The notes beneath the pieces are model-generated. The model searched no databases and was not told the origin of the DNA. It saw only the letters and a program-made list of their open reading frames with translations. Source: a virus (Duplodnaviria; Caudoviricetes). From it: 47,584 nt of DNA. A program made the translations under genes and the position numbers. Numbering within the stretch: the stretch's first letter is position 1; every line of letters begins with the position of its first letter. Where the stretch lies: positions 1-47,584 of the IMG/VR virus record IMGVR_UViG_3300033417_000014. One strand, given 5' to 3'. Below are positions 25,602 through 36,159 of the stretch, piece by piece.

Positions 25602-27739
25602 AAGCTCCTGCCTTTACGCCCCCGTGTGTCGAGCCACTTTCCGCCGGCCGGCCCACTTGCTGGCCTAGTTGGCGACGGTGGCTTGCGCTCACGAGGGTCG
25701 ATCGCCCACTCCGGTGGAGCGTTCCAATTGATCGATTCGGCGCCGAGCAAGATGCACGCGGCGCGGTTATAGCCGTGTAGGTCGAACGCTTCGTTCGGCT
25801 GCTCGCGCGGGTTCTCCCAGCCCTTGGCCGTTCGAACCTCGGCGGCGAGCTCGGCGAAGTACTCGTTGTCGACCCAGTCCGGAATGTGGATGAAACCCGG
25901 GCCCGGGGTCGTTCGATCGAGTGATCCCGACACGCCGTCCTTCAAAAGGTTGACGTTCAGCTGCCAGACTGGCACGTCGCCGCGCCCAGCCGAGCGATCG
26001 TTGCGGCCACGCGCATCGGGCCACGTCTCATGGATCCGCGGCGCGTCTGGTCTGCCGGTGCCCTTGATCAACAGGAAGTGCTCACCGAGGCCGCGGTCGC
26101 GCATCTTGCGCCAGAACTCGTAAGCCTTCTCCGTGACGCCGTCGGCGCCGCCTGAGTCGCAGACGACGATCAGCGGCGATAGATCGACGGGCGTGCCCGC
26201 GGCGCGGTAGGTCCGCGAGACGACCAAGGGCACGATGACTTCCCAGTCCTCAATGAATGCCGCCGGATTGAGCTGGGCGATCCGGCCGTCTTGCTCGCGG
26301 CGCTCGCTCGCGAAGATCGTGAACCGGTCGATGAGCCACGACTCGAACTCGCGGCCCCAGCCATGGACCTGAACGACGAACCGGCGCGACTGGACGTCGA
26401 TGCCGGCCGTCAGGAACAGCACCCCCGCCGGCGCCGTGCCCCGCTCCCAGGCCTCCTTCCGCGACGCGAACTGGTCGCTCGAGCGCCGGCTGCGCGCCGC
26501 GCGCGGCAGGTAGGGCCATGCCTGGTCGTCGTGTGCGCTCTGGCGGAGGTCCGTCTCGTCGCCGGTGCGCGCGTAGTTGAGCACCGCCGCGAGGTACTTG
26601 TGCACGAGCCCAACCCACGGCTGGTACGCCGCAGCGACGCCGCCGAGCCAGTAGCTCGCGATATTCGTGCGCCGTGGCTCGCCTTTGATCCGGCCGTCGG
26701 CGAGCGTCTGCCCTTCGTGGAGCCAGGTCGCGCCGAGGATACGGCCGCGCTCGAGCCGTGGCGCGTTCAGCGCCTGCCGGTCTTGCGGCTCGTGCACGGC
26801 GCCGCAGTGCGGGCAGGGAACGCGCGCCCACGACTCGGCGAGCATCATGAGGTCGTGCTGCTTCACCGCAGCCATGACCTCGTCGAAGCCCGGCACCATG
26901 AACGGGACGAGCCCGGGCTGAGCCTGAAAGTGCTCCCGGCAATGCTGACACGCCCAATACCAGCGAGCCCGCGTGCCGCTGTTATAGAGCGCCGCGATCC
27001 CGAGCGCCGGCGGCGCCTCGTGCGGAGTGCTCGGCTTCCACGTCGGGTCGTCGTACGCGTAGCCGGGCGAGCTCTCGGCGAGGCACTTGCCACGGCTCAG
27101 ATACGTCTCGATGCGCTTGAACGCCTGGCCCCACAGCGAGCCGCGGTCGTCGACGTCGGTCGATTGCCGCGCGCCGTCGACGTCCATGAGCAGCACGTAC
27201 TTGACCGTCTTGCCGCGCAGCTGCGTCGCCGCCGGCCAGCCGATCTTTAGCGCGACGCCGTTGCGGAAGAACTTGTCGTACGTGTTGTCGTCGCGAGCTC
27301 GCGGCGACAGCATGGCGGCGAGCTCCGGCGTGTTCTCGATCGCGCGGTCAAGCTCGAGCCGCGAGAAGTCGCGGGCCGTGTCCTGGCTCATGTAGATGGC
27401 CAGGATGTCCGCCGGCGACACCGTCACGATGTAGTAGACGCCGGCGAGCGCGAGGCCGAACGTCTTACCGGTGCGCGCCGGGCCCACGAACACCATGCCC
27501 TGGTGGGTCCGGCTCGCGAGCTCGTTCAGCGGCTCGACCAGATACGGCGTTACCGCGATGTCGAGGGCCCCGCGGTCATTGCTCAGCTTGCCGTGCGCGG
27601 CTTCCGCCGGCGTCAGCCGCTGGGGCGGTCGGAGGATCTCCGCGACGGAGCGTGCGACTTCGCTCGCCCGCTTCAGCGGAACGACGAACGGTACGGTGTT
27701 CAAGGCGATCAGCGCTTTGCGCGTGGCGCGAGTTGCCAA
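25595..27739 (-). CDS. Terminase large subunit (lambda GpA family)
   Basis: TPYLVEP, GPARTGKT, ESSP, CxxC pairs, LTAGIDVQ and NEAFDL. Confidence 0.93.
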   Translation of the reverse strand: MATRATRKALIALNTVPFVVPLKRASEVARSVAEILRPPQRLTPAEAAHGKLSNDRGALDIAVTPYLVEPLNELASRTHQGMVFVGPARTGKTFGLALAGVYYIVTVSPADILAIYMSQDTARDFSRLELDRAIENTPELAAMLSPRARDDNTYDKFFRNGVALKIGWPAATQLRGKTVKYVLLMDVDGARQSTDVDDRGSLWGQAFKRIETYLSRGKCLAESSPGYAYDDPTWKPSTPHEAPPALGIAALYNSGTRARWYWACQHCREHFQAQPGLVPFMVPGFDEVMAAVKQHDLMMLAESWARVPCPHCGAVHEPQDRQALNAPRLERGRILGATWLHEGQTLADGRIKGEPRRTNIASYWLGGVAAAYQPWVGLVHKYLAAVLNYARTGDETDLRQSAHDDQAWPYLPRAARSRRSSDQFASRKEAWERGTAPAGVLFLTAGIDVQSRRFVVQVHGWGREFESWLIDRFTIFASERREQDGRIAQLNPAAFIEDWEVIVPLVVSRTYRAAGTPVDLSPLIVVCDSGGADGVTEKAYEFWRKMRDRGLGEHFLLIKGTGRPDAPRIHETWPDARGRNDRSAGRGDVPVWQLNVNLLKDGVSGSLDRTTPGPGFIHIPDWVDNEYFAELAAEVRTAKGWENPREQPNEAFDLHGYNRAACILLGAESINWNAPPEWAIDPRERKPPSPTRPASGPAGGKWLDTRGRKGRSFW

Positions 27740-28572
27740 GCCCAGCCGCGGCCGCGGCGCTTCGCCTCGATCTCCTTCTTCATTTGCGCCTTCGCTCGAC
27801 GCAGCGTCGCCTCGGAGATCGCGAGCTTGCGCGCCGCACCGATCAGGTCCGAGGTCGCCCGCGCGCCGCCGGCGAGCTCGCGGCGAAGGAACGCCACGGC
27901 ATCCTCAACGGCGGAGCTCGCCGTGGGCGGAGACTTCGTCGAGGGTGGCGGCTCCCGCGTCGCCGGCGTCGAGGCCTCGACGGTGGTCTGCGGTTGCTCG
28001 TCCTCGTCCTCGTCAGCAACGGCGGCTTTGTACAGGTCCTCGCGGACCTGGTTGATGTGGGCCTCGACTCGGTCGGCCTGCTGCGGGGTAAGCCCGCTGT
28101 CCCGCTCGAGCACGTCGCCGAGCGTCTCGAGGCCGCGCACGAAGATCTGCATCAGCCGCGCGAAGACGCGCTCCACGTCGGTCGCGTCGACTAGCTGCTT
28201 TTTCTCCCGCTGGTAGTGCAGCTTTTCCCGCTCCCCTTGCCACCATGCGCGGCGCTTGAAGGCGCGACGCAGCGTCGCTTCGCTGAGCTTGTCGGGGTCG
28301 CCTTCCGCCACATCGGCGGCCACGCTCGTCCACGCGCGAAACACGTCGCGCAGCGAGTACAGACCACGGCCCGAGCGCTCGGTGACGTGTTTGACGCTGC
28401 TCTCGAGGAGGCACCGGCGCAGCGTCTCGCGGTCCGTGTCGAACGCCCATGCATAGGCGGACAGGGACGCCAGCACCTCCGAGCTCTGCGGACTCGCGAC
28501 CGTCGGCGAGTCGAACATTTCCTGCTGCTCTTCTTCGGCCTTCTTGGCTGCGGCCGCATTTTTTGCTACCAT
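27709..28572 (-). CDS. Terminase small subunit with a C-terminal extension
   Basis: N-terminal wHTH (YSLRDV), EREKL..LVDA, LETLGDVLERDSGL; upstream of terL. Confidence 0.8.
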   Translation of the reverse strand: MVAKNAAAAKKAEEEQQEMFDSPTVASPQSSEVLASLSAYAWAFDTDRETLRRCLLESSVKHVTERSGRGLYSLRDVFRAWTSVAADVAEGDPDKLSEATLRRAFKRRAWWQGEREKLHYQREKKQLVDATDVERVFARLMQIFVRGLETLGDVLERDSGLTPQQADRVEAHINQVREDLYKAAVADEDEDEQPQTTVEASTPATREPPPSTKSPPTASSAVEDAVAFLRRELAGGARATSDLIGAARKLAISEATLRRAKAQMKKEIEAKRRGRGWAWQLAPRAKR

Positions 28573-28845
28573 CTACGGGATTACTTTCCTACTGGTGGCG
28601 CGCCCTAGGACCCCGGAAAATTGTCGATCCCCGCGGCTGCGCCCCCGCGGGCTAGCTATTGGCTGGAAGGACCCGAAGGGTGGGGGGTGGGCCCGTCGTG
28701 TGGCGCACGTGCGCGACGTGACGGTGCAGCCTTGAGCATCTTCGGCTCATGCTCATGTTGAGCAGCGAGCTGCTGCTCCAGCTGCGCTACGCGCGCCTCG
28801 AGGAGCCTGATCCGTCGCATCGCCTCGCCGATCACGCGTACACCA

Positions 28846-29532
28846 TCATGGCTTCCCCACGCTCCTAGCGTTGCGAACCAACATGCGCTTGACGGCGAAC
28901 TTCAGCTCATGCCGCAGCTCGATCGGCAAACGCTCGCGTACCGTCTGCTGCCGCTGCGCGGTGAGCATGGGTCCTGCCGCTTCTCGAGCGATGCCCGCTC
29001 CGAAGACTGCTTCGATGTGAGGGCTCTTACCCGCCCATCGCCCGCTCTGGATCAGCTTGGGTCCGCCTGACATCCCGATGAACCGATCACGTGCCACGGC
29101 TACACGGTTGCGTGCTCTACGCCCTGCACGGCTGCGCTGCACAGCGATCACCTGGCCATTGGGCATACGCGCGAGGAACACGCCTGGGTACTTCCGCCTA
29201 CGCCCCCATGCGTTCGCCGTTACACCACCACGCGGACTACGGGGCGCGGTCTTCGACCCCGACACGAACTGGACGAGGTTGAACGGCTTGCCGCTGATCT
29301 CGAGCACGGCCGACGGATCGGCCTTTGTCGCGCGCTTCGTGAACACGATCTTCCGCCGCACTGATGAAGGCTTGAGCCCAGTCGCATCTGCGATGTCTTT
29401 CGCTGAGCGCGACTTGATCGTATTGCTCACGCGGTTGACCGCGCGCGCGATCGCCGATGGGTAGGCGCGCTGCTCCAGCTCGCTCAGCTTGCGTTGCAGC
29501 TCGACAGCGCCCTGCACCCTCTCGAATGCCAC
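28846..29532 (-). CDS. Minor tail / gpZ-like protein
   Basis: AIARAVNRV; basic; GVFLARMPNG, ERLPIELRHEL. Confidence 0.7.
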   Translation of the reverse strand: MAFERVQGAVELQRKLSELEQRAYPSAIARAVNRVSNTIKSRSAKDIADATGLKPSSVRRKIVFTKRATKADPSAVLEISGKPFNLVQFVSGSKTAPRSPRGGVTANAWGRRRKYPGVFLARMPNGQVIAVQRSRAGRRARNRVAVARDRFIGMSGGPKLIQSGRWAGKSPHIEAVFGAGIAREAAGPMLTAQRQQTVRERLPIELRHELKFAVKRMLVRNARSVGKP

Positions 29533-29533
29533 G

Positions 29534-29764
29534 TCACGCGCCCTTGATTTTCGATTCCACGACGAGGTTGTTCGGCGTGACGGTGACCGGCCGATTCGAC
29601 TTCTGGCCAGTCGGCACCTTGTCGTCGAGGTCCTTGGCCCAGCCCATGCTGCAGGCGAGCTTGCCAAAGTTCGGGCCGACGGTCTTGCGATCTTTGGGTT
29701 CCATGCTGATCGGCGTGCCGTCGTCGTCGGTCGCGCGGATCGGGTCGATTGCTTCGATTCTCAT
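29534..29764 (-). CDS. Hypothetical protein
   Basis: Tightly packed ORF in the late operon. Confidence 0.6.
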   Translation of the reverse strand: MRIEAIDPIRATDDDGTPISMEPKDRKTVGPNFGKLACSMGWAKDLDDKVPTGQKSNRPVTVTPNNLVVESKIKGA

Positions 29765-30129
29765 GATGGATCTCGCACCTCATGATCATGAGCTGCAACC
29801 GTGATCGGGTTGCCGCTGGTGATGGCCTGATCGGCCGACAAGTCCTGAACCTTGAGAAGTACCGTGGCATCGATGACCGCAATGCAATGCGCCGTGCCAC
29901 TCGCGCTCGCTGCCCCGATGCTTTGCTGTGCGCATGTTGCCTTGCGGCCGCTCACGTCTCCGTCCGCCTTCGTGAAATCGGTCTCGTCGATGGCGACGTT
30001 ACCGAGGCTCTGCGAGATGACGGCCGCGCGCGTCAGCGGACTACCGCTACATACGTGCAACGTCGTCGCATCGTTCGAAATCTTGTCGAGCAACGCATCG
30101 TCCGCGCTGTCGGCTACGAAATTGGTCAT
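29761..30129 (-). CDS. Probable virion-associated protein
   Basis: DALLDKI..GDVSGRK..ASGTAH; AAGGGG RBS. Confidence 0.65.
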   Translation of the reverse strand: MTNFVADSADDALLDKISNDATTLHVCSGSPLTRAAVISQSLGNVAIDETDFTKADGDVSGRKATCAQQSIGAASASGTAHCIAVIDATVLLKVQDLSADQAITSGNPITVAAHDHEVRDPS

Positions 30130-30149
30130 GACAATCCCCTTCCGATTGG

Positions 30150-31157
30150 TTAAATCGATCGTTGCGTCGCGATCAGAGTCTCGGTGAAAGGCGCCGTGGC
30201 TCCGTTGGCAACGGCACGGACTTTTGCCTTGTACAAGCTGCCTGCGGTCGACACGATCGACGCCGGCAGAGCGCCGTGATAGCTGCCGGCGCTGATATGC
30301 GGCATCGGCACCGGGAGAGAAATACCCGCAACGTCGTTCCCGTCAGCATCCTTGAGCTCGATGAGTTCAACGGTGGCGTCCGTCACCTCGGCCCCGGTCT
30401 CGTCGACGAGCTCCTCGAGCCGCAGCTCCGCATCGTAGGACATCCACAGGCGGCTGAACCTGCTAGCCGATCCTTGTCCGCCGGAGTTTGGGTACACGAG
30501 CAGCCTCGATGCGCTGAGCCAGCGTATCTGTGCGGCCGTGGCGACGTTGTCGAGCACCTGAAGCTGCGCGATGTCCGCCGGCGACACCACATGCGCCTGA
30601 GAAATAGCAACGCCGTCCAGCACGTTGAGCTGCGCCAGAGCAATCGGGACGAGCGTGCCCTCGATGATCAGGCCCACTCCGTCGAGCACTTGCAGTTGCG
30701 CGAGTTCGCCGACGGTGATCAGGTGCTGCTGCGTCAGCCCGATACCGTCGAGCACCTGCGCCTGCACGATGTCCGCCGGCGCGATCTGATGCGTCTGCGA
30801 CAGCGCAACACCGTCCAGCACCTGGCTCTGCGCTATGTCGACGGGGCTGAGCACCACGCCAGCCGCCGTGAACGTGAACGCAAACGCGTTCGACCACGCG
30901 AGGTCGGAGCGCTGCAACGCGAGGTATCGCGTCCCGGACAAGTTGTTCGGGCTGGCCGGTATTGCGACGCCCGTCAACTGGATGTCGTTCCAGTCGCCGG
31001 CGACGGTTAGCTGGTCCGCGGCTCCACTGCGGTCGGCGTTCTCGAAAATCCACAGGCTGCCTGGGAACGGACCGAAGCCGCCACCATCAACAACTAGTCC
31101 AGTCTCCCCGGCGCCGTGGTTCTCGTCGCCGAAGTTGCCGATCCCCGGTGCAGGCAT
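30150..31157 (-). CDS. Repeat-containing probable virion protein
   Basis: Five ~22-aa repeats of type AQxQVLDGV. Confidence 0.7.
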   Translation of the reverse strand: MPAPGIGNFGDENHGAGETGLVVDGGGFGPFPGSLWIFENADRSGAADQLTVAGDWNDIQLTGVAIPASPNNLSGTRYLALQRSDLAWSNAFAFTFTAAGVVLSPVDIAQSQVLDGVALSQTHQIAPADIVQAQVLDGIGLTQQHLITVGELAQLQVLDGVGLIIEGTLVPIALAQLNVLDGVAISQAHVVSPADIAQLQVLDNVATAAQIRWLSASRLLVYPNSGGQGSASRFSRLWMSYDAELRLEELVDETGAEVTDATVELIELKDADGNDVAGISLPVPMPHISAGSYHGALPASIVSTAGSLYKAKVRAVANGATAPFTETLIATQRSI

Positions 31158-31161
31158 CGGC

Positions 31162-32436
31162 TCACCGGATGATGGCGGTCACGGCGTCGGCCAGCGTTCC
31201 CGGCATGGCTCGGTCGAGCGTGATCTGCAGCTCGTTGTTGGCGCCGTCCCATGACGTCGAGTTGATGTAGCGCTTCTCGCGATTCTGAGCACCCGACGTG
31301 ACAATGACCTCGAGGCCGGTCAACTTGTTGTTCGCCGACGTCACGGCCACGCCATCACGGTCGGTGAGGTCGCAAGCGAGCGTTGTCGCCGAGCCTGCGA
31401 AGTTAGCTGTGTCGACGACGCAGTTCAGCAACGCGGTGTCTAGCGTATCGGCGGCCGGCGCCGGACTGGGCGGCGTGCCCCAGAGATACCACTGATCGCT
31501 GTCCGCGAGAGTCAGCGCAGTGGAGGGCGCGAACGTCGCAACGCCCGTCGTCGGGTTGTACGCAGTGACGATGCGCGACGTCTTGCCCGTGACGACGAGA
31601 GTCTTGCTCACGACCTCCGTCGTCGATGCTGGCGCATTGGTTCCCAGGTCGGCCGAGTTCGCGGTATGCGTGCCGCTGAGCGTGCCCTGCGCTTCGCACC
31701 CGACAGCCGGGACGCAGTTGGTCGGCGACGTCGACAGGACGACTTGCTGCGCCGTCGAAATCGTCGTGCCGCTCAAGCCAACGGTCGTCGTCGGGCTCTG
31801 CACGTTCGCCCAGTCGATGCCGACGCCGCCGGTGCCGTTGATGTCCATCGCCGAGAAGTTCGTCGGGAAGGCCTGGGTCAGCGAGTAGCCCGTCTTGTCG
31901 CTGACGGTTCCGGCGGTCACCGCTCCGCCGCCGGTGATTGCGAGCGAGGCGAAGTTGGTCGGGAACGACTGCGTGAGTGCGTAGCCGGTTTTGTCGTTGT
32001 TCGTTCCGACCGTCACGGTGGCGGACTCGATAGAGAGATCGGTCAACCGCACCCGGCCGCCGACGACGATCTCGCCAGTGACAGTGCCGCCGAAATCGAC
32101 GTAGTTCGCGCCAGTGGCAAACGCGGCGTCCGGCAAATCGAGGCGGTACACGCCGTCGTTGACGTGCAGGAACCCGCCATCCGTGTGCGCGGTTGTCAGC
32201 GCCGCAAGCGTGGCCTCGGTGACGTCGGTCGATGCAGCGCCCTCGCGGCGATACCACAGGTCGATGCCGGCGCTGTTGAACACGATGTCGGTCGACGGGA
32301 TGCCGGTCGCCGAGTCGAGCATCTTCACCGTGACCGAACGGTCCGTGGAGCCCTTGACGACGATGTCGTGCAGCGCTTGCGCGTGCGCAACGGCCGCTGT
32401 AATCGTCAGGAGCAACAGTGCAATGAGCTTGCGCAT
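31162..32436 (-). CDS. Thr-rich protein with a signal peptide
   Basis: MRKLIALLLLTITAAVAHA-Q; GVYRLDLPDAAFA; repeated DKTGYxLTQxFPTNF. Confidence 0.8.
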   Translation of the reverse strand: MRKLIALLLLTITAAVAHAQALHDIVVKGSTDRSVTVKMLDSATGIPSTDIVFNSAGIDLWYRREGAASTDVTEATLAALTTAHTDGGFLHVNDGVYRLDLPDAAFATGANYVDFGGTVTGEIVVGGRVRLTDLSIESATVTVGTNNDKTGYALTQSFPTNFASLAITGGGAVTAGTVSDKTGYSLTQAFPTNFSAMDINGTGGVGIDWANVQSPTTTVGLSGTTISTAQQVVLSTSPTNCVPAVGCEAQGTLSGTHTANSADLGTNAPASTTEVVSKTLVVTGKTSRIVTAYNPTTGVATFAPSTALTLADSDQWYLWGTPPSPAPAADTLDTALLNCVVDTANFAGSATTLACDLTDRDGVAVTSANNKLTGLEVIVTSGAQNREKRYINSTSWDGANNELQITLDRAMPGTLADAVTAIIR

Positions 32437-32447
32437 CGTCGTTTCCC

Positions 32448-33152
32448 TTAGTGCTGCTGCAAGATGATCGGGACTACGGAGCCGCCGGCGGAGCTCTCTG
32501 CTTCTGCCGCGTCAATCACGGCGTCAAGGATCGCGTTGCCGGTCGCGTTCAAGCTCGCGACTCCGGCGTCCGTTACGAACAGCGCCCCGCGCCAGCCCGC
32601 CGCGTTACCCGTCTGCAACGCCCCTCCCGACGGGATGCGAAACACAACGTTGGCGTCGGTTGTGGCATCGCGCAGCGCAACATCAACGCTTGGAGGTGGA
32701 TCACCTTGCGGCAACCACACGCCGCTGCCGTCGGTGCAGACGGCGTGCGGTTCGCCGGCAACCGTTAGGCCAACCGAAAGCGGGTCGGCCTCGTCGGAGA
32801 CGCGAACCGTATTGCCGAACCCGCCGAAACACGTGTTTGTGAACCAACTCCAGTTGTCGCTGACCGCGCACGAGATGACGATGACCGGAATAGTCGCTGC
32901 GGTGTAGTTCGTGCCTACGTTCGCTTTTGCAGCGGTGGCAGCAATCATCACAAACTCGATCCCGGTGAGGTTCGGGCTCGTGCTGTCGTCTACCACCGTC
33001 ACAGAATGACCGTGCGTGCTCGACAGGCGTGTGCTCAACGCCGTGTCGCCGGAGGTCAGCGACCCAGAATCACCGACGACGAGATGAACATCGAGAGCGA
33101 AAGCGCGGCTCGCGAGCAGGATGCCTAGCAGCGCGTGGCAGAAGATCTTCAC
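32448..33152 (-). CDS. Hypothetical protein with a signal peptide
   Basis: GTG start coupled to the upstream stop; leader ending AFA-L. Confidence 0.7.
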   Translation of the reverse strand: MKIFCHALLGILLASRAFALDVHLVVGDSGSLTSGDTALSTRLSSTHGHSVTVVDDSTSPNLTGIEFVMIAATAAKANVGTNYTAATIPVIVISCAVSDNWSWFTNTCFGGFGNTVRVSDEADPLSVGLTVAGEPHAVCTDGSGVWLPQGDPPPSVDVALRDATTDANVVFRIPSGGALQTGNAAGWRGALFVTDAGVASLNATGNAILDAVIDAAEAESSAGGSVVPIILQQH

Positions 33153-34327
33153 GGAACCTCCGGCAGCTTGATGAGGTATGCCCCGGTATCGACATCGGCG
33201 ATCGTTCCGATTGCACGCCACGGCGTTTCGTCCTCGCCCTCAAGCCGCGCCCAGCGGCCATACGACCCTTGCATGCCCCCGTCTTGCTCGACAGTTCCCG
33301 AGAGTGCGTGCTCGATCAGTGTTCGCTGCGAGCTTGCCGTACCGTCGGCGTTCATCTCGTAGATATTCGACCAGCCAGCCGAACCTGCTCCGCCGCCGAG
33401 CAGCCAAAACAGGTCGAGCTCCGGATCGTAGACGGTCGAAATCTTGCCGCCGACGATGTCGGTGTCGCCGGTCATCGAGCCGGTTGCCACCGATACGGTT
33501 TCGGCAGACCAGTCGAAGGTGATGACGCGGAGTGAGTTGCCGCCTACGCAGACGCCGCGAGTACGCGAGTCGTCGTAGCCGCAGCCGGTTTCCTGGAGTC
33601 CACCGGACACCGTGTCCGATGCGCCCGCCCAGGTATCGGTTGTGGTGTCGAAAAAGTAGCCGTCCAATTCCGTGGCGTTGACGACGAACGCTTTGCCGCT
33701 CGCTTCGTCGTAGAAACTGACCGCGCCGCCCGAACCACCAGGAAAGTCAGTGAGCTGCGACCACTCGCCCGTGCCTAGGTCGTACTTCCACGCGCAGTCC
33801 GCGAAGTTCGCTTCTTGCCAAACCGTTCCAGCGAACCGATAGACCGCGTTGACGCCACGCGCGTAGAACTGCCCGTCGTAGGTGTGCGAAGCCGTCGGCC
33901 GGTCGTCGCTGTAGATGCACGAGTCGGCAACGATGTCGCTCGCGTCGCTGATCTCGAGCGGCGTCGCCCACCCGGCCGGCTCGGTCGTACCGCGGTAGTC
34001 GAAGATGTACAGCCCATTATTCGAGCTGTCGCCGTGCCCCCCACCGTGGACAAAGAGGCGGTAGCCGGCACCTTTAGCGCCACCTGACCATGCAGCGATT
34101 ACGCCCGCCGTGCTGCCGGAATGACCAGCAGGCGTGATGCTCGCCATCGTGCTCGACGGGGCAAGTTCCACCAGATTGAAGTCGGCAAGGCCGCTGATGT
34201 ACTCGGGGGCATCGCCGCCGCCAGGAGCAGGGGGCGCCTGGCCGCGATGGCCATCGACCATCAAAAACGCGGCGCTCGCCGTGAGCGCGACGCAGGTCCC
34301 GATCAGCGCGGCGATCAACTTCCTCAT
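33149..34327 (-). CDS. Kelch/beta-propeller-like protein with a signal peptide
   Basis: LFVHGGGHGD, WKYDLGTGEWSQL, FFDTTTDTW and YDPELDLFWLLGG. Confidence 0.75.
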   Translation of the reverse strand: MRKLIAALIGTCVALTASAAFLMVDGHRGQAPPAPGGGDAPEYISGLADFNLVELAPSSTMASITPAGHSGSTAGVIAAWSGGAKGAGYRLFVHGGGHGDSSNNGLYIFDYRGTTEPAGWATPLEISDASDIVADSCIYSDDRPTASHTYDGQFYARGVNAVYRFAGTVWQEANFADCAWKYDLGTGEWSQLTDFPGGSGGAVSFYDEASGKAFVVNATELDGYFFDTTTDTWAGASDTVSGGLQETGCGYDDSRTRGVCVGGNSLRVITFDWSAETVSVATGSMTGDTDIVGGKISTVYDPELDLFWLLGGGAGSAGWSNIYEMNADGTASSQRTLIEHALSGTVEQDGGMQGSYGRWARLEGEDETPWRAIGTIADVDTGAYLIKLPEVP

Positions 34328-36159
34328 GGTGTCTGATCCCCGTAGTTCACCGCGGCCCGGCCAGCGATCAGCGCGCCGATGTCAGGAGCGGCGCCCGAGA
34401 ATCCGTCCGTGACGCCGGCGACCGCGATGCCGGCGTTCTTCGCGGCCTCGCCGGTGTCGAGCGTCAGGTCGCAGGTCGCCGTGACCTCGGTGAGATAGTC
34501 CGCGCCGAGCGTGCAAGGGCTCGCAAACGGATCGGTGGCCGACGCTACGTCGTCAATAAACGCTTCCGTTGCCGGGCCGAACACGGGCTCTACTGTTCCA
34601 GCATCCGCTTGGATCGCGGTCAGGTTGGCGCCCGACCACTCGCCGAGCACGTAGGTGATCGTGGACGGATACCAGGCGTTGTTCGTCCAATCGAGCGGAT
34701 CGAATCCCGTATTGGCGTCGCCGACGTTGATCATCCGCGGCGAGCCCTGACCCGCCTGCGACCGCCAGATCATCAGGTTGTTCTGGTAGCCAAGAGACCG
34801 CTGCCCGTGACCGCCTGGCGCGTACCACGCGGCGAGATTGTCTCCCTCGCGCCGAGTCATCAGGACCGTGTTGGACAGGGCGAAGTACCCGCCCTGCGAG
34901 CTGCCGTATTTGATAACGGTGCGCCCGATGTTGATGCACTGATTGCGCGCAAACAGCAGCGGCCCGCCGTACAGCGGATCGAGCGACATGCACGTCATGG
35001 AGTTGTGCGAGCGATTGTCGTAGACCCCGACGTTGCGCTGCGCGTGGTCGACCTCGACTAGGTCGTCGCCGCTGTTGCGCGCATCGTTGCGGTAGAAGTA
35101 CACCGCGCGCACCGAGGCCGTGACGTCCAAGCCGGAGTGCGACGCGAGCGACAGCGAGTCGCCAAAGCCGATGAGCGTGTTGTTCCAAACCGCGTTGCCG
35201 AGCCCTGGAGCGCGGATACCGTCGTCGTTCCACGTCACGCTCGAAGTAAATTCCGCGTTCCATGGAGTATTGTTGCCAACGCACGTGTTGTTGTAGATGC
35301 GGACGTCCGTCACTTCCTCGTCGAAGATGATGCAGGTATCGACATCCTGGATCACAAGACCGCGGATCGTGACGTTGTCCGCGTTGTACCCGTTCGGCTG
35401 CTGGATGATCCCCTTGCTGGTCGCGCTCGTGCCGCTGTCCGCGCCCGAGCCGACGAGCGTCAGGTTCTCGAGGACGATATGGTTCGTTTCGACGAGCTCG
35501 ACGACGCGGCCCGTCAAGTCGGTGAGCACCACACCGTCACGCGACTCGCCTTGGATGCAAATGGGCGAACCGGCCGTGCCGGACACCCCGATTTGCAGGC
35601 CCTGAATCGTGTACGCGCCGTCGGCGATGAGCAGTGTATCGCCGGCGGTCAGCGCCGCGATCGCCGTCGAGAGGTTGCCGCTCGTGTTGACGTTGTCGGT
35701 GACGGCCCCGCACGCAGGTGGCAGCGCGCTCGTCGCGAACGTCTCGGTGATGACGTCCTGATCGACACCGTCGGACACTGTGACCTCGACGTCGTAGCTC
35801 GTGCCGGGATCGAGATCGATGATCGGCCACGCGAAGTCGTCCGTGACTGTGCCGATCGCAGGGGTCTGCGAGAACGACGGCCGGATTCTATAGAGCGGAT
35901 GGCCGGTCGTCCACGAGCCCGCGCCGACCTCGCGATAGCGCACGGTCGCCGTGACCGTAGTAGCCAGCGTATCGGTGACTTCGAGCAGGAGCGAAATCTG
36001 CTCTGGCGTTTCTGCTTCGTTTGTCAGCGCGCCGAGCGGGAAGTCGGCGTCATCCTGCGGCGCCGGGCCGCGATAGCCGTCGACCATGAGGAACGCCGGG
36101 AGCGCCGAGAACGCGACCGAGGCCGCAGACACTCCGAGGATCCAACGCCCGATCTTCAC
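34324..36159 (-). CDS. FN3 plus right-handed beta-helix (pectate lyase/depolymerase-like) protein with a signal peptide
   Basis: DLDPGTSYDVEV (FN3), AGDTLLIADGAY, GTAGSPI, Asn-rich rungs and a C-terminal APDIGA. Confidence 0.8.
   Translation of the reverse strand: MKIGRWILGVSAASVAFSALPAFLMVDGYRGPAPQDDADFPLGALTNEAETPEQISLLLEVTDTLATTVTATVRYREVGAGSWTTGHPLYRIRPSFSQTPAIGTVTDDFAWPIIDLDPGTSYDVEVTVSDGVDQDVITETFATSALPPACGAVTDNVNTSGNLSTAIAALTAGDTLLIADGAYTIQGLQIGVSGTAGSPICIQGESRDGVVLTDLTGRVVELVETNHIVLENLTLVGSGADSGTSATSKGIIQQPNGYNADNVTIRGLVIQDVDTCIIFDEEVTDVRIYNNTCVGNNTPWNAEFTSSVTWNDDGIRAPGLGNAVWNNTLIGFGDSLSLASHSGLDVTASVRAVYFYRNDARNSGDDLVEVDHAQRNVGVYDNRSHNSMTCMSLDPLYGGPLLFARNQCINIGRTVIKYGSSQGGYFALSNTVLMTRREGDNLAAWYAPGGHGQRSLGYQNNLMIWRSQAGQGSPRMINVGDANTGFDPLDWTNNAWYPSTITYVLGEWSGANLTAIQADAGTVEPVFGPATEAFIDDVASATDPFASPCTLGADYLTEVTATCDLTLDTGEAAKNAGIAVAGVTDGFSGAAPDIGALIAGRAAVNYGDQTP

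Noticed and set aside
28600-28700. cos site upstream of terS
   Set aside because: The position is plausible, but I could not define the cohesive-end sequence from the sequence alone.
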